In this document: one piece after another, positions 11,149 through 23,959 of the stretch
Position numbering within the stretch: position 1 is the first letter of the stretch
How the letters are laid out: each line of letters starts with the position of its first letter
NCBI GenBank assembly: GCA_028534125.1
Contig: CM052817.1
Span: forward strand, 49,354,001-49,418,000
Length of the DNA stretch: 64,000 nt
Source of the DNA: Lama glama
Taxonomy: Eukaryota
Direction of reading: 5' to 3'
The notes under the pieces: generated by a model
The model's database searches: none
Told to the model about the DNA's origin: nothing
The model's input: only the letters and a program-made list of their open reading frames with translations
Position numbers and translations under genes: made by a program

Positions 11149-14100
11149 AGGGCCCCAGAGGCTGTGCAGGCTCCCATGCTTTCTACCTCAATGGCAGAGC
11201 CCTGGGTGATCTTGGATGTGGCAGGCAGTAAGGCTGAATTCTTAGCTGACACAGGAGCCACGCACTCTGCCTTAATTTCTCTGCTCCAGTCTTTTAGTAC
11301 TCAAGCCTCCTCACCAGTACAGACAACCAACCATAAACAAGCCACTTTATTGCACCATTAGTCTGTACACTAGGAAAATTGTTTTTACACATGCTTTCCT
11401 TGTTCTTTCTCAATGTCCCACTCCCTTGTTAGGCAGAGATATTATGACTAAGCTCCAAGCAAAGGGCCACTTGCCAGAGCACGTTTGCCCTCTACTGGCC
11501 TCACTCATTCCTCTACAGCAGGCTTCACAGGCTCTCCAGGCTCTCCCTCCTGCTGTTTATTTACAAGTGCTCCAGAAGGCTGGGACATAGCTACTCCAGG
11601 GAGAGCTCTTTTTGCAAAACCTGTAAAAGTCCAATTAAAAGATCTTATTTCCTTTCCCAGAAAGCTTCAGTATCTTCTAAAATTAGAAGCCCATAGGGGC
11701 TTGCAATTTCTAACAACAAAATTCTATCAGCTGGTCTATTAAACCCCTGCAACTCTCTGTGTAACACACCCATTCTAGCCAGATGGAGCATTTAGAATGG
11801 TTCAAGATCTTAGGGCTATCAATGAGGCTGTAATTCCTGTCCATCCCATTGTGCCAAACCCCTACACTCTTTGGGGACAAATTCCAGCTGAGACCTCCTG
11901 GTACACAGTGTTGGATCTTAAAGACATCTTTTTCTGTACCCTTGTTCACCTTGACTCTTAATTCCTGTGCCTTCAAATGCATAATCTGGAAACCCAAGTT
12001 CCCCAACAACTAACCTGGATAGTTCTGCCCAAGGGGACTCAGGGATAGCCCTCACTTGCTTGGATCTTTCCACTTTGTAATTCGCTGCAGGCAGTGCCTT
12101 GTTTCAATACATAGATGACTTGCTGATACACAGCCCTGAGAAGGAATCCTCAAATTCTAACCTTATCATGGTGTTACAAAAATTGGCCTCCAATGGATAT
12201 AAAGTTTCTCCCTCTAAGGCCCAAATAACTGCACAGGAAGTATAATTCCTCAGACTCATATTAACCGCAGTAACCAAAAGTCTGCCAACTCAGAGGAGAC
12301 AATCTTAGATATGGGAGTTACCCACAACCAAGCAACAGTTGTGTTCTTTCTTGGGCATGCCAGGGTTTTGCAGAACTTAGATACCCCGATTTGACCTCAT
12401 AACCTAAATCCCTTTATGAGGCCTTATGAGGATCAGAAAATGAGCCCTCAGAATATACCCCAGAAATGAACCAGGCCTTGACAACTCTTAAAGAAGCTCT
12501 TACAACAGCCTCAGCCCTGGCCCTGCCAAACTTACAAAAGGTTTTCTTCTTATTCATATGTGAAAAGCAAGGTGTCGCCTTGGGGGTCCTTATCCAAGCC
12601 TTGGGACCCTCTCAGCACCCAGTAGCCTAATTATCCAAAAATCTGGATCCTGTGTCTCAAGGATGGCCCCTTTGCCTCAGGGCATTGGCATCTACAGCTT
12701 TTATAGGTAGAAGCAGCATCTAAATTAACCTTGGGACAGGGGATGACCATTTATACCCCCACCAAGTTTTAGACATCCAAAACCCCCAAGCATTTCACTG
12801 TATTTCAGACAGCCAAATGACTAAATACCAAACTCTATTTTTAGAAACCCCCGAACTCAACATTAGACCATGTCAGGCCCTTAACCCTGCTCCCCTACTT
12901 CCTAACCCCAACTCTAACTCCTTTTTGGAACATTCCTGTCTCTAAATGCTAGAAGTGACTTGCACAGCCAAGCAGGACCTTCCAGATACACCCACTGAAG
13001 ATTCCAGATGACACACGGTTTACTGACGGCAGTAGTTTTATTTTAAATGGAGTAAGGCTGTCAGGCTACGCAGCAGTAAGGCTCACAGAGGTTACAGAAT
13101 CGGGGCCGCTTCCATGGGGCTCCACCTCAGCTCAAAAGGCAGAATTCAGAGCTTTACAACTTGGAGCTGATAGGAGACTAAATCTTTACACAGACTCGTC
13201 CTATGCTTTTCATGTGCCATCTGGCGAGAACGAGGTCTCCTCACAGCGCAAAATACTCCAATAAAACACGCCCCAGAAATCGTGGCTTTACAAAAAGCCG
13301 TCGTGCTCCCCCGACGAGTGGCAATAATTCATCGTCAAGCACACCAAAAGGGACACGGCGAAATCCCCCAAGGAAACAGGGCAGATAAACAGGCTAGGGA
13401 AGCAGCAAAACTCCCCACACAGGCAGCCCTGGTCCAGCCTTTACACGTCTCACTCCACATCACACCGAGGAAGAAATCCAAAAGGCAACAGGGACAGGCT
13501 TCATCTTTACTCCAGAAGGACGGTTTAAAAACAGAGTAAACTGTTGCTTCCAGGGGCCTTACAATGGAAGTTGTTACACAACCTTCTCCGAATCACACAC
13601 CTTGGGGCCAAAGCCTTATTGGACTCAATACCATTCACTTCTGTAGGAAAAGCGATTTTCCGGACAACACGTAACATCCCTCGAGCCCGCCTTCCTCGCT
13701 GTCGGACAGACGCCGAGGGCGCCCTTTAAGCCGCCTCCTTCATTACACCCCCTTCAGAGGTAAGGAACTTTACCCGGAGAGGACTGGCAGATATGCTTCA
13801 CCAACATGCCTCCTTGTAAGGGCTTAAAATATCTCTCGGTATTTGTTGACACGTTTACTGGATGGACTGAGGCCTTATCTACTAAGGGCCTCAGAGGGAA
13901 ATAGTGCTTTGACAGAACATACGTCCCTCGTTTTGGTTTGCCTCCTTCGCTACAATCGGATATGGGCCTCAGCTTTGCTTCACAGATGACACAAAGAGTG
14001 GCAGAAACCCTTCGGACTGAACATGACTCACCCCAGGCCTCAGGAAGAGTGGAAAGGCCCCCCAGACCCTTGAGAGCCTCGTAAGGAGACGCCCGCGGAG

Positions 14101-14645
14101 GAAACTCCGCCATCTTGCCGGCCCTTCTTCCCGCCGCCTCACTCCGCGCGGACGGCTCCCAAGCCAGACACATTTAAGCCCTTTGGCACTGCTTTCCGGC
14201 CGGCCGTTTCTCCAGACGCGTTTACTAATAGATTCTGGAAATCATTCTCTCGCCCGATAACTTCAGGCCAGAATGTTAAGTCTCTTCATGAATATCGTGA
14301 TAAATTTAGTCCAAAGCCTGATCCCCAACTTTCAGGGAAACTCACAGCCAAAATTCCCCACCCCGGAGTTGGCTTTACTTTAAAACTCTTCCGCAGGATA
14401 AACAGTCACTTCAGCTGGCCTGGGCAGGACCGCATCAGGTGCTCTTAACCAGCCCTACGGCAGTCAGGTTCAACGGATTTGCTTCTTGGGTCCAGCTGCC
14501 CCGCATGGAGGTTGCCGCCCCGTTGCCGTTAGAAGTGGCTGAGGCGTCTCCACCAAAAACCGCCGACAGCTGCGAACCCCTGGAGGATCTCTGCCTGCTG
14601 TTCCTAATCCCAGTTCCTAACTCATGGGCGCCACCTGCTGGCTAA
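11149..14645 (+). pseudogene. ERV pro-pol remnant (protease, RT, RNase H, integrase)
   Basis: FLADTGATHS protease motif; FRMVQDLRAIN and QYIDD (12108-12119) RT motifs; FTDGSS RNase H (13019); PGEDWQI, VDTFTGWTEA and WAGPHQVLLTSPTAV integrase motifs. Disrupted throughout. Confidence 0.92.
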
Positions 14646-14945
14646 CCCTATCAGTGGCCCTTGTTTCCTTAGCTATTCCTGGTAGCATTTTGTCTTATAC
14701 TTCTTACTTTCTGTTGCTCCAAGCCGTGCTAATCCCTGCACTTCCCATCCTTCTGCTGACCGTTACTAAGTTCTCGACCTGCCCTATTTTATGACATTAT
14801 TCTTTTAACATTAACTGAAATTCCCGTTTAAGGTCTTCTTTCTTTTTCTGAAACTTAGTTTACAGATTTAATTCCTGATGTATATCTTCAAGGTGACTTC
14901 TGATTTTACACCTGATGAAATTAATCTTTACTTAGAATATTAAAT

Positions 14946-16300
14946 ATGACACCCACTTGTTACTTGTTCTGATTTTCCTTCTTACTTCACCCCTTACTGT
15001 TATAGGAAACAGCTTTTGGGGATGGGCTTTTTCCTATGCTAAAGTGTTTACTCCAATTTCCGGATCTGTGGCCAACTGCCAGTCTCCAGATTTTTGGGGC
15101 TCCCTTTGTGGGTTTCCCTTTTGCAGGGGTCCTATTGGATCCAACTTGCAAAGCTCATACAGGGGCTCAGAGAGATTGACAGTATTTTAAATGATCCAGA
15201 CGTTAGTGGATGGAACCCTCTCATGTGGAAAATTAATTTTACGTAATCAAATCCAGGGCATAATTTTTTGTTTCCGTTTATGAGACCTATTCTCAGCAGG
15301 AATGAGCGATGACCTAGTTAAAACGTCAGGGAGACTGGTCTTGGAAACTTCCACCACGCCTAGAGAGAATAAACGACAGGTACTCCCAAATACGGGATGG
15401 CACTTTCTGGCTTACTCCCGAATATGGTTGGCTAGCTGCACCCACTCCCTTATGTTGGGAACAAAGAAATCATTCCCATGATACCTGGCCAAATTTCACT
15501 AGTCATGTTAGATGGACATCCTCAGACCATGTGGAGTGACTATATATCTCAAGTAGTCTGATTGGTTTGGAACTAACTGGATCCACAAATTCCAGATTCC
15601 CTGGGCCCCAATGGAACTAAATGGATGTATGAGTCCAATCTCTGGCCTTGGCTGCTAAACATGTGGATTGGCCAGTGCACGTTCGGTTTTCCCTGGGCTC
15701 AAGTACATATATGGGCCTCACTCCAGAGTGCAAAAACAGCCAACCTCCCCTGTTATGTGCTCAGCAGACCAGGTCAGTTTTCCAATGCTACAATCACTTA
15801 CTAAACTCTATATATCCCTCAGCTGGGTTAGAGGATGTAACCCTTCATCTAGAAGCTCTAGAAAAATTTACACAAAAAGCACTAAGTGATACCAAGGAAA
15901 TTACATTTTTATTCAATACAGAGATGATCCGAATGAGGAGAGTCTTACGAAACTGCATGTAAGACTTGCACATGCTAAGTAACACATACTGAGTGCTGTA
16001 CTTACATCCCTGACGAGTTAGGTAAAGTTTCTACTCTCCTCACCCAGTTACAAACTGACATAAACACTTTAGGGGATGCCAGTGCTTACAGTACTCACCA
16101 AACAGGTCATTGACTGGTTTTCCAGTGTCTTTTTCTGGATCCCTGAGGGAATAGGTCCTTATTTCTAGGCATTTTAAAATTACTCCTCTCCATACTTTTA
16201 CTAGGACTGGCTGTTTATCTTGGTATATGTATTTTTGTCTTGTATCCCTTTCTTACAAAAATGATTGTCTCTTTTTTTTGAGATCCAAGTTTCATGAGAT
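14946..16300 (+). pseudogene. ERV env remnant
   Basis: Hydrophobic signal-like LLVLIFLLTSPLTVIG; eroded furin site QTR/SVF; LRNCM (cf. LQNR immunosuppressive domain); TECCTYIPD (CX6CC end); hydrophobic TM stretch ~16170-16250. Stops present. Confidence 0.8.
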
Positions 16301-16569
16301 CAGAGGCAGATACACTCGCTCTGCTGAAGATGCCATGATCCATGCCAGTGCTATGATGATGCAGCCCTCAGATGCCACCGGAGTCTCCTTCCTGGCCATC
16401 CTTTAGGCAGTCGGATTTCTTTGGGACGCTAGGACCACCCCGCGCCCTGGACAGATTGGCATGATAGGCAGGGACAGCGTGATGCCCTTGTTCAGCAGGA
16501 AGTAGCTACAGAAGAAGAGACCATCGCCCCTGTTCCAAAGATTTGTCACTGCCAATCTATTGGGGGGAC

Positions 16570-17056
16570 TGTGAGGCCAACTGGCACCCTTCAAAGTCCA
16601 ACAATCCCCATTCCTGGGCTCCCAGGTGTCCGCCTGCAATCCCTCAAAAGTTAAAATACATTCTTTCCTGACGTGTGTTTGCCTAGCAGCATTAATAGCC
16701 TTAGGAAATGGGCTACTCTCACAATAGCTCGGGCTGGTTTGTTTTGACCCATGTATCCTTTTCAGAGTCATAAATCCCACTGCCCCTTCATGGACCCTAA
16801 CTTCCTCACTTCATCCACAACCAATCAGAAACTTGTGCATGAGCTGATTACACAGCCCCCAACCCATTGTGTTCACCAACCCCTCCCCATAAAGGACCCT
16901 AAGCTTTCACCATCAGGGCACACACAGGCACCTCTCATCTGTGTGGCCCACTGTTGTTGGTAGCAGAGTACCAAATAAACTCCTTTACTACTCTCCTCCT
17001 TCATCTCTGGTAAATTCTTTTGCTGTCTTCTCACTGGCCCACTGGATCCCATGACA
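16570..17056 (+). repeat. 3' LTR of provirus
   Basis: tgtgaggcc...ccatgaca, directly after ggggggac; AATAAA at 16974-16979. Confidence 0.95.
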
Positions 17057-18305
17057 AGGATTGAAGGAAATAAAAACTCAGGCAAACACAATGAATCAGA
17101 TCACAAATACTGCAGCGTAGCACAGGATGGGGAAATAAGGCCAGGAAAACAATTAGAAACGAGAGCTTTAGAAGCACAGCAGATAATCAGCGGGCTTCTG
17201 ATGTAAGGTGTTAGCAAATAACACACATTCTAATCAGTTGACTGAAAATCCCTAGAGCCTTTAGGTCTAGGGGGCTCTATCAGCCGAGGTTCAGTCAAGA
17301 AAGTAAATTCGCTAATTCTCTCTATAGCTGGTCTTGTTCATTCTTTTGATCTTCCATTCAGTCCCATTTTATTTCGTATAATCAATGAATGTATTTCTGA
17401 TTTCTAGAATTTCTAAATGGTTCTTTTTATATTCAACCATCCCACCCCTACCCATGCTTATTAACTGCTTCATCTCTGAACATGTTAAATGTGCTTACTT
17501 TAAAAAGCTCATCCTGATTTTTTTTTCTATCTAAAAACCGTGGGTGCTAATCACCCTGTTTTGTATGGTTGGTTATTTCCTCATGTGGTTTTCATGAATT
17601 AATCTTCAATGGGTGTTGATTTCTTCAAATATTCCACATGTCCTGTATTGTAAAAGCATCCCTTCAGAATGGTTTCTTGATTGCCTCTGCTGGGGTCTAA
17701 GGGATGACCATTTCCATATAATTTTTTTAGCCTATAGTCACTGCATTCTGTAGACAGAGTAAATTTTGATCCTTATTTGATGATGTCTTTATCTTTTTTA
17801 ATTCCTTTCCAAACCACTGTTGTATATCTCCTACAATCATCTATTCATGCAATTTCCTCTTATGAAACCAAAAGAGGATATCCATAAATTGTTGGCATAT
17901 TTGGCTGTGTATGTTGTCCTATGTTGTCTTTTCTTCAAGATGTACATGTGACTGAAGCAGAAGAAGTGGGGAGGGTTAAGTCATTTATAATCAGCTCAGT
18001 GCACTACACTGAATGGAACTCTTAAGTGTGTATGTTCGAGGATGGAGCATTCCTTTTTAATTATTTTTAGAAATTTTATTGCACTATAGCAGAGATGTCT
18101 TATATAAATACTGAGAATATGCTGAGATTTCATTTGTGACCTTGCCTAAGGTCAATTTTTATAAAATGTTATATCCATGTGCTCCTGAAAAGAATGCATA
18201 CACTCTATTTGGAGCTGCAGGATTCAAAGGATAAATCTTGTTACTTCTGTTGCCAAAAAAAATCAACTTTCATACTAATTTTTGTTTGCTTGATCTATCA
18301 GTTTC

Positions 18306-18848
18306 TGAAGGTTCCCAAACTCCCATCCAGCTGTTTACCATTTGAAAATCAATACCAAGAGGCAATCGTTGGTAGAAAGGAAAGTTGCTTTTAAAGAATG
18401 CCAGAAATCTGGGGAGAAGGCAGACTTACGTATCCCCAAAAACAACTCTGAAGATTCTGCTCAGCCATGGAACTTTTAAAGGGAAAAGGAGAAGCAATCT
18501 CAATTAATCACTGAGAAAGGGGATCAAACTCATAGCCATCTCCTACTGCATGCAGGCTTGCTGACTATTATCTTTCTTTTGATGCTACTTTGTTCACACA
18601 GTCAAGGGGAAGCTAGGGAAGAGATCTAGACATTTGTTAATTACTTATTCTTCATTTCTATTTCTTTGATCTATTAAAAGAACTAACAGGTTAGGCAAGG
18701 TATTATTTGATCAAAAGGTTTGAAAAATGTGCTTGGGCTGGAGGTGAGTAGAGCATGAGGTTGCCTGATTTAAAAGTTAGTTACAATGTAGCTTGGTAAA
18801 GTGAGAAGGCAAAAGGGGTTTCTTGCTGAGAGCAGTTTCCTGCTTACA
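18306..18848 (-). mobile_element. Probable solo LTR
   Basis: aatcaataccaagaggcaatcgttggtagaaaggaaagttgctttt resembles antisense ERV1 LTR R/U5; ends ...cctgcttaca. Family unresolved. Confidence 0.5.
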
Positions 18849-19109
18849 TTAGGGTACATAAAAATTTCAGTTTTTCTTATGTGTTGATTCTTAGTAAATT
18901 ACTTCTAACCATAGAAATGTTTATCTTTAAAACATTTCATATTTCCATCTTTTATTCTACTTGTTTGATATTAATAATATTACATAAATTTTCATTTAGT
19001 TAGTATTAGAAATTTTATATATCTGTATGTGTAACATATATATATATAAATATATATATAAACAATTTTAGGTCATTTGTATTAGTTATTTCATTTTTAA
19101 ATTAAAAAA

Positions 19110-19490
19110 TCATAACTTTACAGTAAACTGTAGACATCACCTTTATCAAGTGATCAAAGGTAACATCACCATTAATGAGATACATTAACATCATGTAGCT
19201 CCTGAAAATGAGATCACACTTCTGCAGCATTATTGCCAAAAATGCATAATTTGAATTGAATCATGAGTAAATATCAAGTAAACCTAAACTGAGGATCATC
19301 CTCTAAAATAACTAGCCAATAATTCATCAAAATTGTCAAAATTAAGAAGGATTAAAAAAAAAAGGCCAAGGGATTATCCCCAATTAAAAGAGACTAAGGA
19401 GACATGACAACTAAATGCAACATATGATCCTGGATTGGATTCTGGTGCAAAAAAAAAAAAATTAGTGAGAGAATAGGAAAACCTGAAGCT
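19110..19490 (+). mobile_element. Old L1MC/MD-like 3' fragment
   Basis: actttacagt...caagtgatcaaaggtaacatcacc...gagactaaggagacatgacaactaaatgcaa; homologous to 56535-57240. Confidence 0.65.
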
Positions 19491-20067
19491 AGGCCATTAT
19501 ACTGTGATTCCTATACCCTTCCTACCCTCAATCCCCCTCTACCCCAAATTAGCGTCCTTTTCTAAAGAAATTTAAATAAACTGGCCAGGGTGAAATAAAG
19601 CAACTAAAATCAAGGTAACACATCAAAGTAAAGCCTTTCTCATCCTAAAATTTATGGGTCCCTTAGGTAATGCTTAGTAATACACACTCAGCATAAAAGT
19701 CAAAGCCAGACAGTTAACAAATCCTTCACAGGTACAAAGAGATCCCAGCAATCTCTTCGATCTATTGCCTCTTTCTTAAATACGGACAACCGAAGATCAG
19801 CAAACATTTAGGGACAGCTGATAAAATGGCAAGAGTAAGGCCAAGATAAATAAGCACGCACACACACACACACAACCAGAATACATAGACATGATAAAGG
19901 AGAATTTAAAAAAATAAAAAGTTAACCTTATTTAGTAACATAAATAGTCAAAAATATTTCATCCATATACTACAAAGAAACAAGAGAAAAGGGGGGGCTC
20001 TTATATATTTCACATCTCTTATCCCTATCTCATACCTTTTTATCCCACTTTTTTCCACTAGTTTTTG

Positions 20068-21430
20068 CTGTGCAAAGGAGCTTCTGCACGGTTATAATTT
20101 GGTAGCCCAGATCTCTCTCTTCCTACAGTAGGGCTTCTTTGACATTGCTGCATAGAACTGCTGACAGAGCTCATTAACACTCACATATGCATAGTCTAGC
20201 AGTATGTTCAATAGGAGCCCTCCCCCATCCTCCAGGTAGTCACCTGTGAGTACATGCCACGTGGCTTCTTACTGGGTCCAGCGGGATTAGGTTCCAGTTG
20301 CTCACAGTGATGATGAGCTTGGCAATATGCTTGTACTACCTTTCCTCCCCTCCTGTTTCACCCTTCCCTGTCCCCACCTCCTGTACCCCAGGATTCTCTC
20401 AATAAGCTATTACATTCTGATCCTTATCTCAGGCTCTATTTTCTGAGGGGAATAGACTGAGACAGTCTGTACCAGAACTGGCTCTAAAAAGCACACTGCA
20501 GGATGAAACTTGGAAATTGGATAATTCACTGGCAATCCTGGCAATAACAATCTCACTACTGATGGCACGTGTGACGGTGATAGCTCTTAGCATTCAGTCG
20601 AATCACACAAGATAGGAACAAGGAATTGGGGTGAGGTACATGGAGAAGGTAAAGTATTGACTTACAGAAAGTATAGGGACAATGCTAATTACATAGTTTA
20701 TAGTGTTTTTTTTTTTTAAATGTCACAGTTTTAGAAGTTCTGTAGAAAGTAAATGACAAGCTCAGTTTGGACAAATATCAAATCAAAGTACACTGTGAAA
20801 TTCAGAACTTCTCCCTGGCAGTGTTTAGAGATTCTCTTCTTCTGTAGCAGCAGAAAACCAGGTTTAAAATTTAATTGCAAAGATAAAAGAGCCACAAAGG
20901 AGACTCAACTCACAACCTCAACAGCTTCCTAGACCAAAGTCAGGGCCTAGATAGAAAGAGAATGGGACTCCTGAGACCTGAGGTAGGGGAACGAGCCTGC
21001 AAATCCTCAATACCCAGACTCTTCTGGGTTCTGCTTCTGGAGGTAGGATAGTGAAGACATTTCTATCATGGGTCACAGTAAGGCTACCACTGAACTTAAA
21101 GCTATGAATATCACATGGTCATTTTAGACTCCTCCCATCAGTGGGACAGTGGGCAAGGAAAATAGTTACTATCAGTGGGGACAAGTGACCCTGATTACAG
21201 TCAGGAGCTAGGATCACAGTTACATGATAGGGAAGGAAGGAATTTATCTGAGATCCAAGATGCAGAGGGGTACCTACAATTTAGAAGGGTGGAACTCAGT
21301 GCCGAATGAGAACTCTAAGAGCGCACCTGCAACAAGCATGACCCAAGAAGGGTAGGGCAGTTTGCGGATAAGGCTCATGTCATCTGATCAGACTAGCAAT
21401 ACAGAACACCTGAACTGCTGGCCCAGAGAG
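20068..21430 (+). mobile_element. ERVL-class LTR (LTR16-like, ~20068-20464) plus adjacent internal remnant
   Basis: LTR end ...ctcaggctctattttctgagggg...gagaca followed by tgtaccagaactggctctaaaaagca (ERVL leader-like). Highly diverged. Confidence 0.55.
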
Positions 21431-21879
21431 AGAGAAATACAGAATTTGTAGTAGAGGAGGATGAAGAGACAAGTGAAGCTAGCTTTCTGTAAAGAAACAG
21501 ATAGTGGTCACAGTTCCTCAGTGGAGAAATTGAGACTAAAAATGTGGCTGACTTGGAAAGAGGCAAAAAATTTTATAAGGGTTAGATAAATTAATTATAA
21601 AAATGCATTTTATAAACCTGATAAATCTATAAACGGCTATGTAAGGATACTATCTGGAGATGTGATAACCACTAGAAGAAACAAAAACTGAAATGGTTAA
21701 GTAGGCTAATGGTAAGGAGATACTTCTTTTATAATATAAAGCCATATATAGTGTTTGATCTGTTTAACCACATATAAGAATTCTTAGATTTTTGCTAAGT
21801 TTTGTTTTCCTTCTCAAATGAAGTATCATTATCATGAAAGTCAAGAACTGGCCAAGAATATTTAGTTGTCAATCTTTAA

Positions 21880-23550
21880 CCATGCAGTATTGTACTAGAA
21901 GTCCTGGCCAATTCAATAAGAAAAATATGTTAAAATAATAAAATTGGAACACAGAAGGAGAATTTGACTTATTTGTAGGTAATATGGTGTCTGTTGAGAA
22001 AAATCAAACATAACAACTGGAAAATTATCATAGGTTATTGTAAGTTCTGTAAGATGGCCAAGAACAAGATTAATATTAAAAATCAATAGATTTCCTAAGT
22101 GTCAGGAAAAAAAATCAAACATAAAATATTGTAGAATTTACCACAATAGGAATGGAAAACATAAAATAAATAAAAATAATCTTAACGAGAAATGTACAAT
22201 ACACATTGGAAGAAAAATATAAAGATTTACTTAAGAATATGAAAAAAAAATGGAAAGAACTACTGTGTACCTAGATGGGTAACCTCAATAGTTAAATTAT
22301 TCTCTCCAAGTAGTTGCATGATCTCAATGCATTTATTCAAAATCCTGAAAATACTTTTAAAAGGCACAAAATGTTAGTGTTATTATGGAATATTAAATGC
22401 ACAAAGATAAGAAAAAAATTGAAAGTCAACAATACACACTAGAGAGGACCATAGTTACGAAAACACTGTGGCCCTGGTGTAAGCAGATGCAGATAAGTAG
22501 ATCAATGGATAGTCTAGAGTTCAAAGCAGACCCAAGTGTATACAGAAAATCAGTGCCTAATATTGGGAGCTTTGAAAATTACTCATGATTTCTCAATTAT
22601 AAACCGTGTTGGGACAACTGTACAATGAGACCCCCATGCGATATTCTCACAAAAACAAACTGCAGATTGAATTGAAGATTTAAATATTAAAAACTTCAAA
22701 ATTTTAAAACTATATGGAAGAACACTTTTTTTGTGTTCTTGTGAAACTTGGAATGAAAACAGTGTAAAACCAAGAATCCATAAATAATTTGTATGTTTAA
22801 CTATATGAAAGATTTAAACTTTTATATGGAGGAAGTTCCCATAAACAAAATAAAAAGACATCATTAGCTGAGAATACTGATAACACATGTCACATTAATA
22901 TTCATATATAAAAAGGTAAACTCATAAGCAGAGAATAGGAAAAGGCAATTTCTAGGGAAAGGAATAGAAATGTTCGATGAATTTATGAAAAGATGCTCAA
23001 ATTTATAAATAATTAAGGAAAAGCAAATCAATTTTAAAAAGAAATAGTGTTTTTCTCCTGTCAGACTGCAGGGATTTAAGGGCTCTATAGTTCCCAGTGC
23101 TGATAAGGGTGCATAGTAAATGGACAAATCTCATAGACTGTTTAAGTAAATTGTACAACTATTTGGAGAAGAATTTGACAATAACTATCAAAATATAAGA
23201 TGACTAAATAATCATTTCAAGATACCCCCCTATCTTATAAAAAACAGCGTGTTAAGATGTATGTGTGAAAATACTAGATATACAGTTATCTAATTGTCTA
23301 AGATATTGAGGAGTTCTCTAATTGTCTAAGAATAGGTGAATGGGTAAAGACATTTGGGTACATCCATATGTTAGAAAAGACGGAGCCATCAAAACAGAAA
23401 AAAAAGGAAGTCAGTACTCTAACTCTGAAGTATGTTCATGATACATTTTTAAGTGGAAAAAAACTATCTGCAGAATATTTCCTACGATATTTTACAATGC
23501 ATGCAAATGATTATAGACAAACATAGAAAAAAGCCTGGAATAAACATCAA
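21880..23550 (+). mobile_element. Highly diverged L1 (L1ME-like) ORF2/3'UTR
   Basis: gtactagaagtcctggccaattcaataag and later ORF2-like and 3'UTR-like motifs in collinear order; A-rich. Confidence 0.65.
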
Positions 23551-23959
23551 ACTGATAATATGCTACCCATGCTTCCTGGAAAAATCTCCAGGGACAGAGG
23601 CTGTCAGGCGCCATTTTCGCCATTTTTCTTTCTTCCTTCTTTCTTCTTGGCAGGTGCCATCTTCATGCTCTCCCTCTGCTGGTGTCCTGATTTTTGTGGC
23701 TGCTGCCCAGGGTACACCCCTCAACTGCTGGTCTCTGAAGGCTGGTGGGGGGTTGCGCTCCTGGGTCCCATGGCACTGTAACAATTGAAGAGACAGTTCT
23801 TGGCAGACTACCACCCCCAGGGCACTGCAAAGACAGTAGACGGAAACACGCCCTCAGTCTTTCTTAAAAATAGACCTGTTTGTTTGTCCAGGAGCTTTGG
23901 CCTGAGGGGCAGGCTTCTGGTCTGGCACACCTCTAGTGGCCTGTGGAGATGCTCTCAGG

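Larger units (their letters stand above)
7992..17056 (+). mobile_element. Full-length degenerate endogenous retrovirus (class I/gamma-like, ERV1)
   Basis: Two ~488-bp direct-repeat LTRs (TG...CA), PBS, gag-pro-pol-env remnants in order, G-rich PPT-like run at 16562-16569, candidate 5-bp TSD aggac (7987-7991)/aggat (17057-17061). Confidence 0.96.

Noticed and set aside
14957..15962. Domesticated env (syncytin-like) gene
   Set aside because: Fragmented into short ORFs with stops and frameshifts; furin site and ISD eroded.
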